Shown one piece after another: positions 21,773 to 31,204 of a DNA stretch of 53,091 nt; within the stretch, counting starts at the first letter, position 1, and each line of letters starts with the position of its first letter. The stretch comes from Collinsella sp. (lineage in GTDB: Bacteria > Actinomycetota > Coriobacteriia > Coriobacteriales > Coriobacteriaceae). The DNA lies in contig DBGAZC010000075.1 of NCBI GenBank assembly GCA_048472015.1, forward strand, positions 1 to 53,091, given 5' to 3'. Position numbers and translations under genes: made by a program. The notes beneath the pieces are model-generated. The model was not told the DNA's origin. It searched no databases and saw only the letters and a list, made by a program, of their open reading frames with translations.

Positions 21773-22591
21773 ATGTCTGCAATCACTATTCTGCTTGTTG
21801 CGATTGTCGCGTTGCTTGCCGGTATGGAAGGCATTCTGGATGAGTTCCAGTTCCATCAGCCGCTCGTGGCATGCACGCTTATCGGTCTCGTAACCGGTCA
21901 CCTTCAGGAGGGCATCCTCCTGGGCGGTTCGCTCCAGATGATGGCCCTTGGCTGGGCTAACGTCGGCGCCGCTGTCGCGCCTGACGCCGCTCTGGCCTCG
22001 GTCGCTTCTTCGATCATCATGGTGCTCGCCCTCAACGGTGGCGCCACCGATTCGGCCAAGGCCGTTACCACCGCTATCGCCGTCGCCGTCCCGCTGTCGG
22101 TCGCTGGTCTGTTCCTGACCATGATCTGCCGTACCATTGCTACCGCTATCGCTCACGCCATGGACGGTTGCGCCGAGAAGGGCGACTTCTCCGGCATCGA
22201 GCGCTGGCAGTATGCTGCCATCCTCATGCAGGGCCTTCGTATCGCCATCCCGGCAGTGCTTCTGTGCGTCATCCCGGCCGAGGCCGTTACCAACGCGCTT
22301 AACGCTATGCCCGACTGGCTGTCCGGCGGCATGGCTGTCGGCGGCGGCATGGTCGCTTCCGTCGGTTACGCCATGGTCATCAACATGATGGCCACCAAGG
22401 AGACCTGGCCGTTCTTCGTCCTCGGCTTTGTCCTTGCTGCCATCCCTCAGCTCACGCTGATCGCCCTTGGTCTCATCGGCATCTCCCTTGCCCTCATCTA
22501 CCTTGGCCTTAAGGATCTGGCCAAGCAGGGTGGCGGCATGGGCGGTGGCTCCGGCGACCCGCTCGGCGACATTCTGAACGATTACGAGTAG
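21773..22591 (+). CDS. manM: PTS mannose EIIC
   Basis: LDEFQFHQPLVACTLIG, GAAVAPDAALAS, DPLGDILNDY. Confidence 0.95.
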   Translation: MSAITILLVAIVALLAGMEGILDEFQFHQPLVACTLIGLVTGHLQEGILLGGSLQMMALGWANVGAAVAPDAALASVASSIIMVLALNGGATDSAKAVTTAIAVAVPLSVAGLFLTMICRTIATAIAHAMDGCAEKGDFSGIERWQYAAILMQGLRIAIPAVLLCVIPAEAVTNALNAMPDWLSGGMAVGGGMVASVGYAMVINMMATKETWPFFVLGFVLAAIPQLTLIALGLIGISLALIYLGLKDLAKQGGGMGGGSGDPLGDILNDYE

Positions 22592-22607
22592 GAGGGGAGT
22601 GATACAT

Positions 22608-23528
22608 ATGGCAGAGAACAAGATTCAGCTCACCAAGGCTGACCGTAAGAAGGTTTGCTTCCGTCATCAGTTCCTTCAGGGCTCGTGGAACTACGAGCGT
22701 ATGCAGAACGGCGGCTGGTGCTTCGCAATGATCCCTGCGATCAAGAAGCTCTACACCAGCAAGGATGACCAGATTGCCGCGCTTAAGCGCCACCTGGAGT
22801 TCTATAACACCCACCCCTATGTTTCCGCCCCCGTCATTGGCGTTACCCTCGCCCTCGAGGAGGAGCGCGCCAACGGTGCTCCGATCGATGACGTCGCCAT
22901 CCAGGGCGTCAAGGTCGGTATGATGGGCCCGCTCGCCGGCGTCGGTGACCCCGTCTTCTGGTTCACCCTTCGCCCGATTCTGGGCGCTCTGGGCGCTTCC
23001 CTGGCCATGTCCGGCAGCATCGTCGGTCCGCTGCTGTTCTTCTTCGCGTGGAACATCATCCGTTACGCTTTCCTGTGGTACACACAGGAGTTTGGCTACA
23101 AGGTCGGCTCCTCTATCGCCAAGGACCTCTCCGGCGGTCTGATGGGCAAGGTCACCGAGGGCGCTTCCATCCTGGGTATGTTCATCATCGGCGCCCTGGT
23201 CGAGCGCTGGGTGTCCATTTCCTTCACCCCGATCGTCTCCACGGTCAAGCAGTCTGCTGGCGCCTTTATCGACTGGGCTAGCCTGCCCTCCGGTTCCGAG
23301 GGTATCAAGGAAGCGCTGACGATGTACAACTCCGTCGGTGCTACCGCCCTTGATCAGATGAAGGTCACCACGCTCCAGGGTAACCTCGATCAGCTCATCC
23401 CCGGCCTTGCCGCCGTGTGCCTGACCCTGCTGGTCTGCAAGCTCCTCAAGAAGAAGGTTAGCCCGATCGTCATCATCCTGGCTCTCTTCGCCGTCGGCAT
23501 CATCGGTCGCTTCTGCGGCTTCATGTAA
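22608..23528 (+). CDS. manN: PTS mannose EIID
   Basis: GSWNYERMQN, FYNTHP, MMGPLAGVGDP. Confidence 0.95.
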   Translation: MAENKIQLTKADRKKVCFRHQFLQGSWNYERMQNGGWCFAMIPAIKKLYTSKDDQIAALKRHLEFYNTHPYVSAPVIGVTLALEEERANGAPIDDVAIQGVKVGMMGPLAGVGDPVFWFTLRPILGALGASLAMSGSIVGPLLFFFAWNIIRYAFLWYTQEFGYKVGSSIAKDLSGGLMGKVTEGASILGMFIIGALVERWVSISFTPIVSTVKQSAGAFIDWASLPSGSEGIKEALTMYNSVGATALDQMKVTTLQGNLDQLIPGLAAVCLTLLVCKLLKKKVSPIVIILALFAVGIIGRFCGFM

Positions 23529-23648
23529 GCACGCTTCGGCTTAAGACCGAGAGTTGCTAGGTAAGGGCTTTTGAGCCATTGAAACGGACCGCACCCGGTG
23601 GGTACACTGGATGCGGTCCGATTGTTTTTATTGGAGGGCGAGGCGCGT

Positions 23649-24047
23649 ATGGCGCAATCTCAGAACAGCAAGGTCGATCTGGCAACGCCGGCAACCTGCC
23701 TGATGGGGCTTACCAGCCACGGTAACGTGATGGTGGGCAATAAGGCGTTCGAGTACTATAACGAGCGCAATCCCGAGGATTATATTCAAATCCCGTGGGA
23801 CGAGGTCGACTATATTGCCGCCGAGGTTTTGCGCGGCACCAAGAAGATTACGCGTTTTGCCATCTTCACCAAGGACAACGGTCACTTTACGTTTTCGACG
23901 CGCGACGACAAAGAGACGCTTCGTGCGGTCCGCAAGTACGTCGACGAGGATAAGCTCGTGCGTTCGCCCGACTTTATCGACGTGACCGCTAAGGGCGCCA
24001 AGAGCATCCCCTCCGTTATCAAAAACCTTTTCCACAGGGGTGACTAG
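23649..24047 (+). CDS. manO: DUF956 family protein (ManO-like)
   Basis: MAQSQNSKVDL, VGNKAFEYYN, YIQIPW; usual position after manN. Confidence 0.88.
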   Translation: MAQSQNSKVDLATPATCLMGLTSHGNVMVGNKAFEYYNERNPEDYIQIPWDEVDYIAAEVLRGTKKITRFAIFTKDNGHFTFSTRDDKETLRAVRKYVDEDKLVRSPDFIDVTAKGAKSIPSVIKNLFHRGD

Positions 24048-24065
24048 TTGCCTGCGATAGATGGC

Positions 24066-24115
24066 GGAAAATGCATCCCGGAATTTATTCTCATTCCGGG
24101 ATGCATTTTCCTTTT
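24066..24115 (+). terminator. Intrinsic terminator after the man operon
   Basis: GGAAAATGCATCCCGGAAT / ATTCCGGGATGCATTTTCC then TTTT. Confidence 0.85.
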
Positions 24116-24273
24116 GAGCGCCAGTCGGGAAATTTCCTTTTCATGTGGTTAGAGGAAACTCCATCCCATTTTTTCGCTTTATTCTTTCCGATATTGAGGA
24201 TTATCTACGGCGACAATTCGCTATAAAGCCTTCTTGATGAGTGGACATGCGCTACATGGCAAAGGGGCAAATC

Positions 24274-24282
24274 TGCTACACT
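24274..24282 (+). promoter_or_regulatory. Extended -10 box for the tRNA gene
   Basis: TGCTACACT ending 10 nt before the tRNA; the same 9-mer lies on the minus strand at 50274-50282 upstream of the kinase operon. Confidence 0.55.
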
Positions 24283-24292
24283 AGTACAACAT

Positions 24293-24368
24293 GCCTCCGT
24301 AGCTCAGGGGATAGAGCACCGCTCTCCTAAAGCGGGTGTCGACGGTTCGAATCCGCCCGGGGGCACCA
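24293..24368 (+). tRNA. tRNA-Arg (anticodon CCT)
   Basis: Cloverleaf: GCCTCCG/CGGGGGC acceptor stem, CCGCT-CTCCTAA-AGCGG anticodon arm, GGTTCGAATCC T loop, encoded CCA; 76 nt. Confidence 0.97.
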
Positions 24369-24457
24369 GGGAATATGACGGCGTCGCGGGAGCGGCGCCG
24401 TTTCTGGTTTGCGGGGGCCGCCGTGCTGCTCGCCCGTGGGGGATGGGCATCTGTTTC

Positions 24458-25687
24458 CTAGAGTGTGCTGCGGTAAATCTTTCTCGCGTCGTCCAGCGTG
24501 AGCTTCTTGAAGCTGCCGAAGAGCTCTCCGCGGTTGATCTTGAGGTCCGGAATCATCTTTTCGATATCGTCCTCGGTGACTCCGAACTCCGATAGCGTGC
24601 GCGGCATTCCCAGCGAGACGTTGAAATCCTGCAGCTCGTCGATGGTCGCTTCGACCGCGTACTCGATTGCCTGCTCGGGGGTTACCTCCACATCGAGCTC
24701 GTCCGCGTCCGAATCGACGGGTTCGACGCCAAAGGCCTGGGCGCTGAACTCCAGGAAGCGCTCGGGGTGCTCTCGCCATGCGTAGCGCAACCAGGCGGGG
24801 AAGATGACGGCGAGGCCGGCGTCGTGCGTGATCTTGGTGTCCAGTGCGGACAGCTCGTGCTCAAGGACGTGGCAGGTCCAATCGCCGTCGCGCAGGCCGG
24901 GGACACCCAGGCCGCAGCCGGCGAGGCCGTTATGGGCGAGCGTACCCACCCACATGATCTCGGCGCGGGCGCCGTAGTCATCTGGGTTCTCCATCACCTT
25001 GGACGCCGCCTCCATCGCAGCGCGCACTGGCCCGCAGGCGCTGTTGTCGGTTACGCCCACGGCGGGCTCGCCGGAGAAGAGTCGCTCCATGTATGGGCGA
25101 TCATGTCGGTCACTCCCGCGGCGGTCTGGTAGGCGGGCAGGGTGAAGGTCAGTTCCGGGTCGAGGAAGGCGATGGCCGGGCGGTTGAGGTCCGTGTTAAT
25201 GCCGCATTTGAGGTGCTCCTCGTCGTTGCTGATAACGCAGGAGTTAGAGGCCTCGGACCCGATGCGGGGATGGTCGCCACGCAGGCGACGTCGATGCGGT
25301 CGGCGGGAACGGCGCGCTTGCGGAAGAAGTCCCATACGTCGCCGTCGTATACCGCCCCCAGCGCGATGGCCTTCGCGCAGTCCATGGCTGAGCCGCCGCC
25401 CACGGGCAGGATGATGTCGACGTCGTTTTCCCGTGCGAGCTCGACGCCTTCTCGTGCCAAGCCTATTTCGGGGTTTGGACGCACCCCTCCAAGCCCGATG
25501 TGCTCCACGCCCGCGGCATCGAGCGATGCCCTCACGCGGACGAGCGTTCCGCAGCGAACTGCGGAACCCCTGCCGTAGACAATGAGCGCTCAGCGGTAGC
25601 CGGAGGCGGACAGAGTCCCCCAACCTTGTCGGTCGCTTTTCGCCCAAAGACAAAGCGGGTGGGGGAGTAGAAGGAGAAATCGTTCAT
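24458..25687 (-). pseudogene. Iron-containing alcohol/butanol dehydrogenase pseudogene
   Basis: MNDFSFYSPTRFVFG, GVRPNP, GGGSAMD, GSEAS, FLDPELT, HVLEHELS spread over several frames; at least 3 frameshifts and an in-frame TGA. Confidence 0.92.
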
Positions 25688-25944
25688 GGAGCTCCAATCT
25701 GGCGTTTCGCCCTACATGCGCGGAGGAGTTTTTCGGGCGCATCGCCTGCGTTCGCGTCGCAATCTCGGCGGCGCGGTGCGGTCCGTGGATTCCATCGTAT
25801 CGCCCGCGGCACCCCTTACCGACGATTGAGGCGAGTCTGCATTTCGCGGCGCGACGTCCACCTGGCGGACGATATCCGTTCGCGACACGTGGCCGTCCCG
25901 GTCGCAATAGCGTATGCGCACCGGGTTGCCGAGATGGGCCTGCG

Positions 25945-26074
25945 ACCCCTTCTCCTGATGCGAGCGCGCGAGACGGGCGAGCAGCGGCGCGAGCACCTGC
26001 TCGACCGTCTCCTCCCGATACCACGCCGCCACGGGCAACCCGTTCACGTCAAACCCGTACGTTCGCCATGCCAT
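25945..26074 (-). pseudogene. N-terminal remnant of a YggC/FrcK-like nucleoside kinase
   Basis: MAWRTYGFDVNGLPVAAWYREETVEQVLAPLLARLA resembles the YggC N-terminus as recalled; breaks off before the P-loop. Confidence 0.55.
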
Positions 26075-26367
26075 TCGCCTCGCCGCCTTCGCCGAACGAA
26101 ACCGCGTATCCAGACCGCCGGTCCCCCACCCAGCACTTCGACGAGCCTTCGCGCTCACTTCTGCGGTCGGGATGCGCCCGCGAGGCGCTCGGCAGGCAGC
26201 GCCATTTCCGCTCGCTGTGTCGAGCGCGAGTGTCGAGAAGTCGCCATATGCCACTCAGATGTAGCATGGAGTGCCGAAGTGCACGCGCCCGTGACGAAAC
26301 ACTGGCGCCAACCCGTTCCGCGCACCACCCCGCCCGTAAGGTGTGTGGCGAAAGGAGGACCAGCCGC

Positions 26368-26558
26368 ATGAACATCCCCGAGACACAGAGCCTACCTCGA
26401 TCGCATTCCGCACGAGCTTCTCTGACATTTCCGCCCATTACCACGTGGAGGTCCCCGTCGCGGAGATCGCCTACGCATACGACTACATCAATTCCCGGCA
26501 TGCCCCGCGCAGGCAGGCCACGCTGAACGACGGGTCCGCGGCCCGGCAGGACGAATGA
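26368..26558 (+). pseudogene. Internally deleted copy of the LevR-like regulator at 31205-33958
   Basis: First codons of that gene (with an 11-nt deletion) joined to its last ~50 codons; near-identical DNA. Confidence 0.95.
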
Positions 26559-26621
26559 CGCGCTTCGGCACAGGCCATGCCGAAACGCGTCACGCAAGCA
26601 AAGGAAGGAAGCCAACATCAC

Positions 26622-27110
26622 ATGAGCATCATCGCAGCACGCATCGACAACCGCCTGCTACACGGCATAGTGGCAACCCAGTGGGTACCCGAGTTCCGTC
26701 CGCAGCGTCTCATGGTCATCGATGACATCGTCGCCAACGACCCGACCAAGAAGGCCGCCATGCGGATGGCAAAGCCCTCGGGAGTCGCCCTCTCCATTAT
26801 CAACAAGGAGACGGCTCTCACGAACTATCGGGCGGGCAAGTACGACGACCACACGGTCTTCATCGTGGCGCGAGACCCCCAGACCATCCTCGACGTCATA
26901 CAGACGGGCCAGGTTGTTCCCACACTCGTGGTCGGAGGCACAGTCTTTCCCGAAGAGGGGTCAGACGCCGTCCAGGTGAGCAGTCGCGCCTACGTCACCA
27001 AAGACGAGCTGCCCGCATATCGAGCGATTGCTGGCACCGGCTGCGACATCACCGTTCGCTATGTGCCGGCCGACAAGCCCGTAGAGCTCTCCAGCATCAT
27101 CACGCTTTAG
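26622..27110 (+). CDS. Mannose-family PTS EIIB
   Basis: RIDNRLLHGIVATQW; AAGGAAGG RBS. Confidence 0.93.
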   Translation: MSIIAARIDNRLLHGIVATQWVPEFRPQRLMVIDDIVANDPTKKAAMRMAKPSGVALSIINKETALTNYRAGKYDDHTVFIVARDPQTILDVIQTGQVVPTLVVGGTVFPEEGSDAVQVSSRAYVTKDELPAYRAIAGTGCDITVRYVPADKPVELSSIITL

Positions 27111-27125
27111 CAAGGGAGTGAACTT

Positions 27126-27899
27126 ATGACACCATCCATCATCCAGATAGCCGTCGTTACACTCATCGCCTTCATCTACGGAGCCGAGAAGAACGCGGGA
27201 CAAATTCTCACGAACATGTCCGTCACGCCAGCATGGTTCGTCGGACTTGCGCTCGGCGACCCCGTAACCGGCCTCGCCGTCGGCGCCATCGTCCAACTCA
27301 TGAGCCTGGGCGTGGCGGCCATGGGAGGAGCCTCCGTCCCCGACTATCCCACTGCCGCCATCATTGGCGCCGTCGTTGCCATCACCTCGGGTCAGGAGGC
27401 GAGCGTCGGCGTTGCCGCCGGAATCGCAGTCGGCATGCTCGGCCTTCAGCTCGACGTCATCGCCAAGACGGCAAACGGCTTCCTCGGGCGTACCTCGCAG
27501 CGCTTTGCCGAAGAGGGCAAGTACTCGCAGATGAAGAGCGTACTTTTCCTCGGTCCGGTCTTCTATGGCCTTACGGCGGCCATCCCCACGTTTGCCGTAC
27601 TGCTCTTTGGCGCCGATGCCGTCAACGCTTTCCTCTCCGTCATGCCCTCCTGGTTCACGACCGGCCTCTCCATCGCCGCCGGTATCCTCCCCGTCGTCGG
27701 CCTTGCGATGCTTCTGTCCTTCATGCCAATGAAGAAATTCATCGCCTACGCCATCGTTGGCTTCGTTCTGGCCGCCTACCTGCAGATAAGCATTCTCCCC
27801 ATTGCCCTGCTCGGTGCCGCCGCGGCCATCGAGTACTACAAGTCGCACAGCAATCCGTCCGTAAACGCCCTCGACGCTGGAGGTCTGGAAGATGAGTAA
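27126..27899 (+). CDS. Mannose-family PTS EIIC
   Basis: GLALGD..TGL, LGVAAMGGASVPD, GILPVVGLAMLL. Confidence 0.93.
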   Translation: MTPSIIQIAVVTLIAFIYGAEKNAGQILTNMSVTPAWFVGLALGDPVTGLAVGAIVQLMSLGVAAMGGASVPDYPTAAIIGAVVAITSGQEASVGVAAGIAVGMLGLQLDVIAKTANGFLGRTSQRFAEEGKYSQMKSVLFLGPVFYGLTAAIPTFAVLLFGADAVNAFLSVMPSWFTTGLSIAAGILPVVGLAMLLSFMPMKKFIAYAIVGFVLAAYLQISILPIALLGAAAAIEYYKSHSNPSVNALDAGGLEDE

Positions 27900-28752
27900 C
27901 GAAGTTAACGCCACCAAGGCAAACGAAGCGCCAACCCGCCTGGCAGACGGAACGTACCAGCCAGTCCTCACCGTTTCCGATCTCGACCGTTGCGGCCGCC
28001 GCTGGATGCTCGGCGCGTCCATCTATAACTATGAGTCCCAGTGTGCCCCGGCGGTCATGTTCGCAACCGAACCCGCCCTGCGCAAGATCTATGCAGGAGA
28101 CGAGGAGGGCTACCGCAGGTCACTTCTGAGCACCTATCGCTATTACAATGCGACTCCCCAGGTAAGCGGCCTGCTCCTCGGCGCCGGCCTAGCCTTGGAG
28201 GACAAGGGGCACAATGACGCCATCGACGCGGTCCAAGACCTTAAGATTGGCCTCATGGGCTCCCTCTCAGGAGTCGGCGATACGATCTTCGCCATCCTCA
28301 TTCCCACCATCTTCGGCTCCATCGCCGCCTACATGGGACAGGCGGGAAACCCCGTCGGCGTGCTTCTCTGGCTCGCCGTCGCCATCGCCATCTTCGTATG
28401 GAAGCTCTTTGACTGGCGCATAGGCTATAAGTTCGGCGACAAGCTCTTCACGACCCTTGCCGAGAAGATGTCCGTTTTCACCGAGTCGACGTCGGCACTT
28501 GGCATGATGGTCGTCGGTGCGCTCATCCCCACCGTCATCAAGGTCTCGTGTGGTCTCACGTTCACCATGGGTGACGTCACGCTCGACGTCCAGACGGGCA
28601 TCCTCGACCAAATCATGGTCGGCATGCTGCCCGTAATAGCCACAGCCATCGTCTACGCCCTCGTCAAGCGCAAGGTCAGCATCAACAAGATTGTCCTCGG
28701 CATCCTCATCATCTCGTGGGTGTGCGCGGCTTTCGGCATTCTTGCTGCCTAG
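27892..28752 (+). CDS. Mannose-family PTS EIID
   Basis: YNYESQ, YYNATP, LKIGLMGSLSGVGDTIF. Confidence 0.93.
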   Translation: MSNEVNATKANEAPTRLADGTYQPVLTVSDLDRCGRRWMLGASIYNYESQCAPAVMFATEPALRKIYAGDEEGYRRSLLSTYRYYNATPQVSGLLLGAGLALEDKGHNDAIDAVQDLKIGLMGSLSGVGDTIFAILIPTIFGSIAAYMGQAGNPVGVLLWLAVAIAIFVWKLFDWRIGYKFGDKLFTTLAEKMSVFTESTSALGMMVVGALIPTVIKVSCGLTFTMGDVTLDVQTGILDQIMVGMLPVIATAIVYALVKRKVSINKIVLGILIISWVCAAFGILAA

Positions 28753-28785
28753 CCTAGGGCTAGACCAACCCACAAAGGACGCATT

Positions 28786-29190
28786 ATGAGGCACATCATC
28801 ATTGCATCGCACTACGGCCTGGCAGCCGGACTCGGAGACACGCTCAAGGCCATCATAGGACCGGGGCACGACATCAGGGTTGTCTGCGCGTTTACAGACG
28901 AAACCCCGCTCGAGGAGAAGCTCGCCAGCGCATTCGAGGGCATCGCCGAAGATGACGAGACCCTCGTTCTCACCGACATCCTTCAGGGCAGCGTAAACCA
29001 GCTCGTAGCCTGCTCGGCTCCGCGAGGCGCGTTCATAGTGACCGGCGTAAACCTTCCCGTGGCCCTCGAGCTCTCGCTCCACGCCGGACAGCTTACTCCC
29101 GATGTGGTGAGGCATGTCGTCACCCAAGCCAAAGAGCAGCTCGTCTACCTCGGAGATCTTACTCCGGACGTTGACGAAGAAGACGAATAG
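28786..29190 (+). CDS. Mannose-family PTS EIIA
   Basis: IIASHYGLA, LTDILQGSVNQ, TGVNLP. Confidence 0.92.
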   Translation: MRHIIIASHYGLAAGLGDTLKAIIGPGHDIRVVCAFTDETPLEEKLASAFEGIAEDDETLVLTDILQGSVNQLVACSAPRGAFIVTGVNLPVALELSLHAGQLTPDVVRHVVTQAKEQLVYLGDLTPDVDEEDE

Positions 29191-29219
29191 GAAAGACGCG
29201 ACAGTAAGGAGGACGAGAC

Positions 29220-30656
29220 ATGCGCAAAGTCCCGACCAATAACCAGCACCTGTTCTACCAACCGAAGGACGTGTGGGTGGGAGACGTCATGCCCTTCGGC
29301 AAGGACGGCACGTTCTATCTATACCACCAGCGTGACACGCGCGACCCCGCTCCGCTTGCCGAAGGACAGCCCTTTGGGTGGTCGCTCGCGACCACCCAGG
29401 ACTTCGTGACGTACCAGGAACACGGAACGGCGATCCCCCACGGCGGAGAAGACGACCAAGACCAGTTCATCTACGCCGGAACCGTTTACGAGGCAAAAGG
29501 GGAGGTACGCGCTTTCTATACCGGGTTCAACCGCAACTACCTGCGAGAAGGCAAAACGTCCCAGGTGCTCATGCAGGCGAAGGCCTGCTCGGATGATTAT
29601 GCGACGTGGAAAAAGACGGGCGTTGCAGTAGAGCTCACGCCTCAGCCAGGATACGATGGGCGCAACTGGCGCGACCCTTTCGTAATATGGGATGACGACC
29701 GGAAGGAATACCTCCTCGTACTGGGCACGCGTAAGGGAGACGACCCCTCCAAAACCCTCCAAACTGGCAGGCTCGTTCACTTTACGTCGAAGGACCTCGA
29801 GCACTGGCAGTTCAAGGGCGACTTCTGGGCCCCCGGCCTCTACACCATGTTCGAAATGCCAGACATTTTTAAAATTGGCGATTGGTGGTACCTGGTCTAC
29901 TCTGAGTACAGCGACGAGAACAAGATCGTCTACCGCATGAGCCGCGATCTCTACGGTCCGTGGGAGAAGCCGAGAGATGACGCCTTCGACGGGAGGGCGT
30001 ATTACGCCGGACGGACCGCCTTCGACGGATCGCGCAGGATTCTGTCCGGCTGGGTCCCCACGCGCGAGAACGACGATGACCGGGCCAACTGGCTTTGGGG
30101 TGGCTCGTTTATGCCCCATGAGGTGTACCAGCGCCCCAATGGCACCCTCGGCGTTCGCCCTCCCCAAAGCATAAAGGATGCGTTCGAGTGCCCTGATGCC
30201 GTCCCGGATATCGAGCTTCGCGGAGACCACGAACGAACGGAGTGCGTAATCACCGAAAACGCAGGCGAGATCTTCTGCTTCGAGGCAGACGTGACGTTCA
30301 GGGACGCTTGCGACTTCTCAATTCGAGCCTACAAGAATCTCGAGACCGACGAGTCGTACGAATACCGCTTCGACCTCGACGCGAATCGGCTCTCGTTCGA
30401 CAAGAGCCCCTGTTACAAGTGGTTCCGCGTAATGGATAAGGGGCTTTGGAGGCCAGTCTGGCTCGAGTCCGGGCGTTCTTACCACCTGCAGCTCATCGTT
30501 GACGACAACATCCTCGTCCTCTACCTCGACGGTACCGCACTCACGACACGCGTCTGCGAGAAGTTCGGCCACTCGCTTGCTGTTACGGTAACGAATGGCG
30601 AACTCAAACTGTCCAACATAGCCTTGGCGAAGGGGCTGCGCGAACAGGAAAAGTAA
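29220..30656 (+). CDS. Glycoside hydrolase family 32-like protein, cytoplasmic
   Basis: WVGDVMP, WRDP, FEMPD catalytic motifs, YYAG; C-terminal beta-sandwich; no signal peptide. Confidence 0.88.
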   Translation: MRKVPTNNQHLFYQPKDVWVGDVMPFGKDGTFYLYHQRDTRDPAPLAEGQPFGWSLATTQDFVTYQEHGTAIPHGGEDDQDQFIYAGTVYEAKGEVRAFYTGFNRNYLREGKTSQVLMQAKACSDDYATWKKTGVAVELTPQPGYDGRNWRDPFVIWDDDRKEYLLVLGTRKGDDPSKTLQTGRLVHFTSKDLEHWQFKGDFWAPGLYTMFEMPDIFKIGDWWYLVYSEYSDENKIVYRMSRDLYGPWEKPRDDAFDGRAYYAGRTAFDGSRRILSGWVPTRENDDDRANWLWGGSFMPHEVYQRPNGTLGVRPPQSIKDAFECPDAVPDIELRGDHERTECVITENAGEIFCFEADVTFRDACDFSIRAYKNLETDESYEYRFDLDANRLSFDKSPCYKWFRVMDKGLWRPVWLESGRSYHLQLIVDDNILVLYLDGTALTTRVCEKFGHSLAVTVTNGELKLSNIALAKGLREQEK

Positions 30657-31204
30657 GCCAGTGAACCTCGTCGCCACAGCGACTCCCCCAGCAAAACACG
30701 CGAACAACGGGTCCGGCCGCATTCCGGCGACCGGACTCGTCCTGTGCCCTGATGGCACATGGCCCCGGGCTGCCGACAGCGAGGCGGCCTTAGGGGCCTC
30801 GCCTACAGATTCCTGAGTGCGTCGACGAGGGAGACCTTGCCCGCGGTGACCTCGTCGGCCTGCTTGATGACCTTTGCGGGCACGACGGCCACCACAGCGC
30901 CGGCGGCAGAGTCGATTCGAGCGATGTGGTCAGAGACGGAGCGAACGGCGAGCCGCTTGCCGACAGGGAGGCAGTCAAAGGTGGCAAAGCGCACTCCTAC
31001 GGTTGGGATACGCCCGTGAGGCGCTCGGCGGACAGCGCTGTTGCCGCTCGCTGTGTCGAGCGCAGGTGTCGAGAAGTCGCCATATGCCACTACAGATGTA
31101 TCATGGAGTGCCGAAGTTCACGTGCCCGTGACAAAACGCGGGCGCCAACCCGTCCCGAGCACCACCCCGCCCGTAAGGTGTGGGACGAAAGGAGGACCAG
31201 CCGC

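Noticed and set aside
24458..25687. Programmed frameshifting or readthrough in the ADH gene
   Set aside because: Several independent frameshifts plus a stop codon indicate ordinary decay.
30803..31090. 95-aa minus-strand ORF sharing its N-terminus with the ORF at 25712-26254
   Set aside because: The similarity comes from the duplicated leader DNA; no convincing RBS or domain, although the 3' part might be a gene scrap.
30926..31204. Upstream extension of the LevR-like ORF (1010 aa), and similar extensions of the oxidoreductase (17026) and hypA (19909)
   Set aside because: Clear RBSs and family N-termini place the starts at 31205, 17125 and 19999.
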